Shown: piece by piece, positions 4,883 to 10,704 of the stretch
Layout: each line of letters begins with the position of its first letter
How positions within the stretch are numbered: the first letter of the stretch is position 1
Source: an uncultured Nitrososphaeria archaeon
GTDB taxonomy: Archaea > Thermoproteota > Nitrososphaeria_A > Caldarchaeales > Calditenuaceae
NCBI GenBank assembly: GCA_964440295.1
Contig: CAYTRT010000029.1
Coordinates: forward strand, 4,278-14,981
DNA length: 10,704 nucleotides
Direction of reading: 5' to 3'
Program-made: the position numbers and the translations under genes
The notes under the pieces: model-generated
What the model saw: the letters and a program-made list of their open reading frames with translations, nothing else
Database searches by the model: none
What the model was told of the DNA's origin: nothing

Positions 4883-7654
4883 CTATTGAGGAATCTCTTC
4901 CTTCTCTAACGTCTCTTTCTTAGCCGGGGCGGTTGTTACGGCTGGCATTATGGTTTGTTCCGCTTTGACAGCTGCTCCTAGTTTGAGCTTTAACTCGACA
5001 TAGACCTCGTCTGTACCGTACTTAATGTCAAATCCGAGTTTTTTGCATAGCCCGATCATTTTTGTGTTTTCCGGGAGGACGATTCCGTAGATCGAGTCTA
5101 ATCCCTTCTCGAGCGCCACTTCGATTAACATGTCGGTGAGCTTTGTTCCAAGGCCTTTTCCTTGGAAGTCATCTGCAACGAGAACTGCAAACTCCCCTCT
5201 CTTCCTATCCGGCTCGATGATCAGTCTGCCAACGCCGACGTTTCTTCGCTTTCCATCCTGGTTATACTCAGCAATTATTGCCATCTCTCGGTCGTAGTCG
5301 ATGTTACAGAACCTTACGAGCATCTCGTGAGTGATATCCCTTATGACTTGGAAGAACCTGAACCTGCTGGACTCTTCGGATAAGCCCTTGATGAGCTCGT
5401 ACTCGAGCGGCTCGTCCTCAGGCCTGATTGGTCTTAAGAGGACCTCTCTTCCATCCCTGAGCCTCCAGAGCCTAATGTATTTTGTCGGATACGGCATAAT
5501 GACGAGGTGAGGATAAGGCTCATGCGAGTCAACACACTCAGGGTCTAAGACAATCCTAAAATCAACAGCATAGATCGAGTTGTCGGTGACTATTAATGGA
5601 TTTATGTCGGCCTCCTTAATCTCGGGAAAATCAACGATGAGGTTCGAGAACCTCACTATTATTTCTTCAAGCTTTTTCATGTCTGCCGGCGGCTTGCCCC
5701 TCATCCCATGCACCAAGGAGTCATAGATCTTCGTCTCCTCCATCAGTCTCCTTGCAAGCACTTGGTTGAGCGGCGGCAGCCCGATGGAAAAGTCCTTAAA
5801 CACCTCCGTAGCAATGCCCCCAGTCCCAAACATTATCACAGATCCGAAATCCGGATCCTTCTTTGATCCCAGTATTAGTTCATAGTTCGTGGGTCTTATC
5901 ATTTGCTGGACGTATACGCCCTTTATTTTTGCATCAGGCGCTTTTGACTTGACCGTATCTATTAGTTTAAGGAACGCGGTTCTCAGCTCGCTCTCTGACG
6001 ACACGTTTGTCACCACGCCTCCCACGTCGGTCTTATGAACTATGTCGTGCGATACGATCTTCAGCGCAACTGGATAGCCGATCTTCGAGGCTATCGAGAG
6101 CGCCTCGTTCAAGTTTGTCGCAAGCTCCCCTCTAGGCCTCGGGATGCCGTATGCGTCTAAGAACTTATCACTCTCATCAGGAGTCAGTATGACTCGTCCC
6201 TCGCTGAGGATCTTCTTTATCAGGATCTTCAAAAAGTTCTTGGGAGGTGAAGGGTCTATCGGCAGGTCTACGGGGGTCTCATAGAGGAGCTCCAAGTTTC
6301 TCTTATACTTGTACATGTATATGTATGTCTTGACTGCCTCCTCGGGAGTCTCGTAAGTAGGTATGTCGCTTTTATGGAAGAGCTGCCTAGCCTCCCATAC
6401 CTCGTCTCCACCCATCCACACAGTCAGGACAGGCTTAGCCCTCGCGCTCTCCCTGACTATCTCGACTATTTCCTCAGCGAGTTCAAGAGACCTAGCTGCT
6501 CCCTGCGGCGTGTAAATCACAACTATTCCATCTACGTTTGGGTCAGCCAAGCATACCTTTAGCGCGGTCGTGTATCTGTTAATATCCGCGTCTCCAAGCA
6601 CGTCAATCGGGTTTCCGTGGCTCCAGTATGGAGGAAGCAGTGCGTTGAGCGTCTCCATCGTTGTCTCAGATAGTTGAGCCAACACGCCTCCGTTCTCCGC
6701 CACTGCGTCAGCCGCTATCACTCCTGGCCCGCCTGCATTTGTTATTACAGCGAGCCGAGGACCTGCCGGGAGATGTCTAGAATCTAGGACGCTCGCACAG
6801 TTGAACAGGTCCTGAATCTCGTCGACCCTGACTACTCCTACTCTCCTAAAGGCGGCGCGGTAAACCTCAAAGCTGCCCGCCATCGATCCTGTATGGGATA
6901 GCGCTGCCTTCGCCCCTGTGGAGTATTTTCCAGGCTTTATGACTATTATGGGCTTGTTTCTAGCGAATCCTCTCGCGGCGCTCATGAATTTCCTTGCGTC
7001 GCCTACGCTCTCCATGTAGATCAGGATGCTCCTGGTGTATGGGTCTTGTCCGAGGAAGTCTATCAGATCTCCGAAGTCTATGTCTATCATCGAGCCCAGA
7101 GAGATGAACATGCTGAAGCCGATGTGGGCACTGACTGCCCAATCTAGTATTGCGGAGCCTAGCGCTCCACTCTGAGAAATGAAGGCTATCTGGCCAGGCT
7201 CTGGGTCTTTAAGAATGAAGGTCGAGTTTAGGCCCACCGGTGGCCTGATAAAGCCTAGGCAGTTGGGCCCAAGCACTCTTATGCCATATTTGCTCTTAAT
7301 TTTCTTTATCTCTTCCTCGAGCCTCCTGCCTTCCTCTCCAGTCTCCCTGAACCCGGCCGAGACTATGACTACTCCTTCCACGCCAGCCTCGCCGCACTCC
7401 TCTACGAGTTTGGGGACGGTCTTGGCCGGTGTCGCTATTATGGCTAGGTCTACGTGTTCTGGGACATCCTTTATTGAGGGATAGCATTTTAGCCCTAGTA
7501 CGCTCTCCCTGTTAGGGTTGACTGGATAGATCTCTCTATCGCCGTTGCCCTTTAGCAGGTTCTTAAGCAGGGCTAGGCCTACGCTGCCCTCTCTGTCCGT
7601 CGCGCCTATCAATGCCACAACCTTAGGGTTAAACATCCGTTCGAGGCTGCCCAA
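4883..7654 (-). CDS. Fused ADP-forming acetyl-CoA synthetase (ACD alpha+beta) with a C-terminal GNAT N-acetyltransferase domain (Pat-like architecture)
   Basis: The 923-aa product has four recognisable parts. First is a CoA-binding Rossmann region (KVVALIGATDREGSVG...YPVNP). Second is a CoA-ligase domain with SQSGALGSAILDW and the phosphohistidine loop ALSHTGSMAGS (His254, codon 6893-6895). Third is an ATP-grasp domain with IGYPVALKIVSHDIVHKTDVGGV (His540, codon 6035-6037). Fourth is a GNAT domain at about aa 726-880 (about 5015-5479) with acetyl-CoA motif A, FQGKGLGTKL. The start is either TTG 7654 or ATG 7636 (MFNPK). Confidence 0.9.
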   Translation of the reverse strand: MGSLERMFNPKVVALIGATDREGSVGLALLKNLLKGNGDREIYPVNPNRESVLGLKCYPSIKDVPEHVDLAIIATPAKTVPKLVEECGEAGVEGVVIVSAGFRETGEEGRRLEEEIKKIKSKYGIRVLGPNCLGFIRPPVGLNSTFILKDPEPGQIAFISQSGALGSAILDWAVSAHIGFSMFISLGSMIDIDFGDLIDFLGQDPYTRSILIYMESVGDARKFMSAARGFARNKPIIVIKPGKYSTGAKAALSHTGSMAGSFEVYRAAFRRVGVVRVDEIQDLFNCASVLDSRHLPAGPRLAVITNAGGPGVIAADAVAENGGVLAQLSETTMETLNALLPPYWSHGNPIDVLGDADINRYTTALKVCLADPNVDGIVVIYTPQGAARSLELAEEIVEIVRESARAKPVLTVWMGGDEVWEARQLFHKSDIPTYETPEEAVKTYIYMYKYKRNLELLYETPVDLPIDPSPPKNFLKILIKKILSEGRVILTPDESDKFLDAYGIPRPRGELATNLNEALSIASKIGYPVALKIVSHDIVHKTDVGGVVTNVSSESELRTAFLKLIDTVKSKAPDAKIKGVYVQQMIRPTNYELILGSKKDPDFGSVIMFGTGGIATEVFKDFSIGLPPLNQVLARRLMEETKIYDSLVHGMRGKPPADMKKLEEIIVRFSNLIVDFPEIKEADINPLIVTDNSIYAVDFRIVLDPECVDSHEPYPHLVIMPYPTKYIRLWRLRDGREVLLRPIRPEDEPLEYELIKGLSEESSRFRFFQVIRDITHEMLVRFCNIDYDREMAIIAEYNQDGKRRNVGVGRLIIEPDRKRGEFAVLVADDFQGKGLGTKLTDMLIEVALEKGLDSIYGIVLPENTKMIGLCKKLGFDIKYGTDEVYVELKLKLGAAVKAEQTIMPAVTTAPAKKETLEKEEIPQ

Positions 7655-7839
7655 ATTGTTCTCCAGTCATTCATGTCTAGCCGTAGTTTTTAGGTTTATT
7701 GCAAGTTTACTTTTCCTTTATACGATTGAATTTTGCTGCTTTGACATTTGTATTAGTGTGGATGTGTTTAGGTCTTGGTAGGAGTGATATTTTCTTATTT
7801 TTTAGTTGGGGTTTTGCTTTTTGTTGTGGTTTGTTATTG

Positions 7840-7847
7840 TTTATATA
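7840..7847 (+). promoter_or_regulatory. Candidate TATA box for sufB
   Basis: TTTATATA on the plus strand. Its centre is only about 20 nt before ATG 7863, shorter than the about 27 nt seen at other genes here. Either the TSS is at or next to the ATG, or translation begins slightly downstream, for example at the in-frame TTG 7878. Confidence 0.4.
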
Positions 7848-7862
7848 GGAGATGGTATAACA

Positions 7863-10340
7863 ATGTTATGGAGAAGCTTGACAGAAATAGCGTTCGACTA
7901 CTCTAAGTACAACTTTAGGGATGAGGTCGAGTACCGCTATGTGACTAGGCCAGGCCTCTCCGAGGAAGTTGTTGAGGAGATATCGAGGATAAAGAATGAG
8001 CCCGAATGGATGAGGAAGTTTAGGCTGGAGTCATACAGGATATTTCGGGAGAAGCCTCTCCCTACGTGGGGGGCAGACCTCTCTCGGCTAGACTTCGATA
8101 AGATTAGGTACTACATGAGCCCCACGGATAAGAAGTTCAGCAGCTGGGACGATGTTCCAGAATACATCAAGAGGACTTTTGACAGGCTCGGGATTCCAGA
8201 GGCTGAGAGAAAGTTTCTAGCAGGCGTCGGCGCTCAATACGACTCTGAGGTTGTCTACCACAATATTAGGAAGGAGCTCGAGAGTCTAGGCGTCGTCTTC
8301 GTTGACATGGACACTGGGCTCAGGGAGTATCCAGAGATTGTTAAGAAGTATTTCGGGACGGTCGTACCTCCGAGTGATAACAAGTTCGCCGCGCTTAACA
8401 GCGCTGTCTGGAGTGGTGGGAGCTTTATCTACGTGCCGAGCGACGTAGAGGTTGATTTTCCGCTCCAGGCATACTTCAGAATAAATGCCTCGAACATTGG
8501 CCAGTTTGAGAGGACTTTAATAATCGCTGAGCCTGGAAGTAAGGTACATTATATAGAAGGATGTTTGCCGAGAGGCGAGAAGGTTCTGAAAGGTGACAGC
8601 TTGGTGGCGATAGAAGAGATAGTTCCTGATGATATCGTACTCAATGGTGCGGGCGAAGAGACGTTAGTCCAAAGCGTTAGGGTAAGAGATTATGAGGGCG
8701 AGCTTGTCGAAATCACACCCCTGTCGCCTGCAAATTCCTTCAAGCTAACACCAGACCATCCCGTCCTTGCAGTCAAAAGAGAATGGGTTAGGACAAAGAG
8801 TAAGACACGTTATAGGCTACCTGAAACATCTACTGAAAAGCTCCGCCACGCCCAGCCTGAATTCATCCCAGCGGGACAGCTTGATGTGGGTGATTTTTTA
8901 GTCTATCCGGTGAATAAAGAAATTGAAGACTCAACTGTTCTGAACAAAGATGCATTGATTGTTCTTGGATACTATTTGGCAGAGGGGTCCGCGTTTATCC
9001 ATAAGAAGTTAAACGTCCCAGTAGTTGAGTTCTCTTTCGGTGCCGATGAAGACGAGTATGTGAAAGAGCTATCAGACTCTATAGAAAGGCTTACCGGCAA
9101 GAAGCCATCCATCATTCGCCAGTCGAGCCGTAATGCCATAACCGTTGTGACTTATTCTAAAGAGATTTACGAGCTCTGTGTAAGGCATATCAGTGGGCAT
9201 TCCCACGACAGACGGTTGAGTCCGAGAGTTATGAGGCTGCCGACTAATAAACAAAGGATACTTCTAGATGCATACTTGAAAGGTGATGGGAGCATCTACA
9301 GAAAGGGTAGAACGTTGGTCCGTTGTTCCACTACATCGGAGGCGCTAGCATTCCAGCTCCAAGAAATTCTGGCCAGGCTCGGTGTGTTTGCAAGCATAAT
9401 GGTCAGGCAGGGTGGTGAGGACATGTTATTTGGCAAAAGAATATTAAGGAAGAGACAGTATATCATTGCATTCTCTCCGAAAAAGAGGTGGAGTGAAGTC
9501 AGGCTGGTAGGGGATTACTTTTTAGTGCCTATTAGGAGGTTGAGGAGGATGTATTATAGTGGTAAGGTTTATAACTTTGAGGTTTTAGGCCGTCACAATT
9601 CGTATCTTGTTAGAGGCTTTGCTGTCCACAACTGCACTGCGCCTATCTATAGTACTGAGAGTCTGCACGCGGCTGTTGTTGAGATTATTGCTAAGAAGGG
9701 TGCCTATGTTAGGTATACTACGCTTCAGAACTGGAGTACTGATGTGTATAACTTGGTGACTAAGCGTGCTTTTGCCTATGAGGACGCGACGGTGGAGTGG
9801 GTTGATGCGAACATTGGCAGTAGGGTGACGATGAAGTATCCGAGTGTCTATCTATTGGGTAGGGGCGCTAGGGCCGAGGTTTTGTCAGTGGCTTTCGCTG
9901 GTCGGGGACAGCATCAGGATACTGGCGCAAAGGCTATTCATGTCGCACGAGACACTACGAGTAGAATCACCTCGAAATCTGTCTGCAAGGACGGAGGCAG
10001 GACGACCTATAGGGGACTGCTATACGTTGGTAGGGGTGCTAGAAATGTTAAGTCGAGCGTGAGGTGCGATGCCTTGATCCTCGACGACCTATCTAGAACT
10101 GATACTTATCCATACAACAATGTCTTGGAGGATGATGCGACTATCACGCATGAGGCGACGGTAGGCAAGATTGGCGAGGACCAGATATTCTACTTGATGA
10201 GTAGGGGTATACCCGAGCAGGAGGCGCTCAACATGATTGTCCTAGGCTTCTTGGAGGGCTTCACTAAGACGCTTCCAATGGAGTATGCCGTAGAGTTCAA
10301 CAGACTGATAGAACTCGAGATGTCAGGAAGTGTAGGATAA
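7863..10340 (+). CDS. sufB: Fe-S cluster assembly scaffold SufB precursor, interrupted in frame by an intein
   Basis: The N-extein (7863-8561, 233 aa) contains IKNEPEWMRKFRLESYRIFREKPLPTWG and FERTLIIAEPGSKVHYIEG. The C-extein (9633-10337, 235 aa) starts CTAPIYSTESLHAAVVEI and continues ...YPSVYLLGRGARAEVLSVAFAGRGQHQDTGAKAIH...EDQIFYLMSRGIPEQEALNMIVLGF. Joined, they give a SufB of about 468 aa with the contiguous conserved HYIEGCTAPIY motif. The 19 residues from TTG 7806 in the track ORF (GFCFLLWFVIVYIGDGIT) are translated low-complexity G/T-rich promoter DNA and are excluded. Confidence 0.9.
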   Translation: MLWRSLTEIAFDYSKYNFRDEVEYRYVTRPGLSEEVVEEISRIKNEPEWMRKFRLESYRIFREKPLPTWGADLSRLDFDKIRYYMSPTDKKFSSWDDVPEYIKRTFDRLGIPEAERKFLAGVGAQYDSEVVYHNIRKELESLGVVFVDMDTGLREYPEIVKKYFGTVVPPSDNKFAALNSAVWSGGSFIYVPSDVEVDFPLQAYFRINASNIGQFERTLIIAEPGSKVHYIEGCLPRGEKVLKGDSLVAIEEIVPDDIVLNGAGEETLVQSVRVRDYEGELVEITPLSPANSFKLTPDHPVLAVKREWVRTKSKTRYRLPETSTEKLRHAQPEFIPAGQLDVGDFLVYPVNKEIEDSTVLNKDALIVLGYYLAEGSAFIHKKLNVPVVEFSFGADEDEYVKELSDSIERLTGKKPSIIRQSSRNAITVVTYSKEIYELCVRHISGHSHDRRLSPRVMRLPTNKQRILLDAYLKGDGSIYRKGRTLVRCSTTSEALAFQLQEILARLGVFASIMVRQGGEDMLFGKRILRKRQYIIAFSPKKRWSEVRLVGDYFLVPIRRLRRMYYSGKVYNFEVLGRHNSYLVRGFAVHNCTAPIYSTESLHAAVVEIIAKKGAYVRYTTLQNWSTDVYNLVTKRAFAYEDATVEWVDANIGSRVTMKYPSVYLLGRGARAEVLSVAFAGRGQHQDTGAKAIHVARDTTSRITSKSVCKDGGRTTYRGLLYVGRGARNVKSSVRCDALILDDLSRTDTYPYNNVLEDDATITHEATVGKIGEDQIFYLMSRGIPEQEALNMIVLGFLEGFTKTLPMEYAVEFNRLIELEMSGSVG
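8562..9632 (+). mobile_element. SufB intein (357 aa) with a LAGLIDADG (dodecapeptide) homing endonuclease domain
   Basis: It begins with Cys1 (TGT 8562-8564; block A, CLPRGEKVL). Block B TxxH is present (LTPDHPVL). LAGLIDADG motif 1 is LGYYLAEGS (8964-8990) and motif 2 is LLDAYLKGDGS (9264-9293). Block F is VYNFEVLGRHNSYLV, and block G ends in His-Asn (FAVHN, 9618-9632) followed by the +1 Cys (TGC 9633-9635). The length is exactly 1071 nt, in frame, with no stop codons. Confidence 0.9.
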
Positions 10341-10352
10341 CAAGCGATAATT

Positions 10353-10704
10353 TTAGCTATTCATTAATTGGTTTAGGTGTTCCAGCAGTCTTCTTGCTCT
10401 TTCTTGATAGGTGTGTTTTGTTGATTGTTGTTTTGCGTTTTTTGCCAGTCTGTCAGCTAATTCTGGGTTGTTTTTGATCAGTTCTATCTTTTCTGCCAGG
10501 TCTTCGGGCGAGTTTTCATCGAATAGCAGGGCGTTCTCCCCATCCTTGAGGACTTCCTCTATCCAAGGCTGCCTAGGCGCTAGGATCGGCTTCCCAGCGG
10601 CCATGTATTCGAAGATCTTCAGCGGCGAGTAGGACTTCATCGGCCCAGTCGAGGGCGTATAATGAACTAGACAGTCAGCCGCAAGTAAGTATTTAGGAAC
10701 ATCT
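10353..10704 (-). CDS. Glycosyltransferase, GT-B fold family 1/GT4-like, C-terminal ~117 aa; the N-terminus lies beyond the right edge
   Basis: The minus-strand frame is open from the window edge: ...DVPKYLLAADCLVHYTPSTGPMKSYSPLKIFEYMAAGKPILAPRQPWIEEVLKDGENALLFDENSPEDLAEKIELI. This is the sugar-nucleotide-binding C-terminal region characteristic of group-1 glycosyltransferases (E-x7-E-like region, EYMAAGKPI). The TAA stop is at 10353-10355. The gene is convergent with sufB, with a 12-nt gap. Confidence 0.75.
   Translation of the reverse strand, partial: DVPKYLLAADCLVHYTPSTGPMKSYSPLKIFEYMAAGKPILAPRQPWIEEVLKDGENALLFDENSPEDLAEKIELIKNNPELADRLAKNAKQQSTKHTYQERARRLLEHLNQLMNS

Noticed and set aside
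5162-7781. ORFs 5162..5383, 6374..6562, 6960..7142, 7179..7484, 7296..7487 and 7545..7781
   Set aside because: All but the last are embedded in the 923-aa ACD-GNAT frame, antisense or in an alternative frame. Their products are Arg/Ser/Pro-rich, as expected from translating the wrong frame. ORF 7545..7781 runs out of the ACD 5' end into low-complexity intergenic T-rich DNA.
7806-7862. TTG-initiated 19-aa N-terminal extension of SufB (GFCFLLWFVIVYIGDGIT)
   Set aside because: It translates the G/T-rich promoter tract and contains the TATA box at 7840-7847. A hydrophobic leader is not a feature of SufB. ATG 7863 gives a normal SufB N-terminus.
8562-9632. Reading the sufB interruption as a gene disruption or pseudogene, or as a separate endonuclease gene
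   Set aside because: The insert is in frame and free of stop codons. It is bounded precisely by Cys1 and His-Asn/Cys+1, and its removal restores the contiguous conserved HYIEGCTAPIY motif. This identifies it as a protein-splicing element, not an IS element or a free-standing homing endonuclease gene.
7807-10445. Similar G/T-rich strings (GTTTTGCTTTTTGTTGTGG at ~7811 and GTTTTGTTGATTGTTGTTTTGCGTTTTTTG at ~10405) as possible direct repeats flanking sufB
   Set aside because: The shared pieces occur in a different order and do not align colinearly. The right-hand copy is coding sequence of the glycosyltransferase (AKNAKQQSTKH on the minus strand). This is low-complexity resemblance, not target-site or terminal repeats.
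9072-10632. ORFs 9072..9254 (-), 9844..10062 (+) and 10411..10632 (+)
   Set aside because: They are antisense or out-of-frame shadows within the intein, the SufC-terminal extein and the glycosyltransferase CDS respectively.
1-10704. CRISPR arrays, IS elements or transposases, toxin-antitoxin or other defence modules
   Set aside because: No regularly spaced direct repeats, terminal inverted repeats or characteristic protein motifs were found on either strand. Apart from the intein, the window reads as core housekeeping and transport genes.

Overview
The window looks like chromosomal DNA from an archaeon, probably a crenarchaeote/Thermoproteota-like thermophile. This is inferred from TATA boxes (TTTATATA or close variants TTTATAAT, TTTATGT) centred about 27-31 nt upstream of three starts (two ATG codons and the tRNA 5' end), which implies leaderless transcripts. 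Oligo-T terminators, frequent AGA/AGG/ATA codons and an intron-less 74-nt tRNA without encoded CCA fit the same picture. Gene order is pstA (5' part, runs off the left edge), pstC and pstS (phosphate ABC importer, minus strand), then tRNA(CAT), a divergent USP-fold protein, an FTR1/EfeU-type iron permease, and a 923-aa fusion of a complete ADP-forming acetyl-CoA synthetase with a C-terminal GNAT acetyltransferase (all minus strand). These are followed by sufB (plus strand) and the 3' part of a GT-B glycosyltransferase (minus strand, runs off the right edge). The most notable element is a 357-aa intein with a LAGLIDADG homing endonuclease, inserted in frame in sufB immediately before the conserved Cys of the EGC(T/S)AP motif. 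All splicing blocks and both endonuclease acidic residues are intact, and hand-sampled blocks show lower GC than the flanking extein. Secondary observations are that the ACD-GNAT fusion retains both catalytic histidines, that short perfect palindromes sit in the FTR1 and pstS promoter regions, that a strongly C-depleted G/T-rich tract lies upstream of sufB, and that sufB has no adjacent sufC or sufD. I saw no CRISPR array, transposase, integrase or defence-type gene. The other ORFs in the six-frame track are antisense or out-of-frame shadows, apart from one that runs out of the ACD 5' end into low-complexity intergenic sequence.
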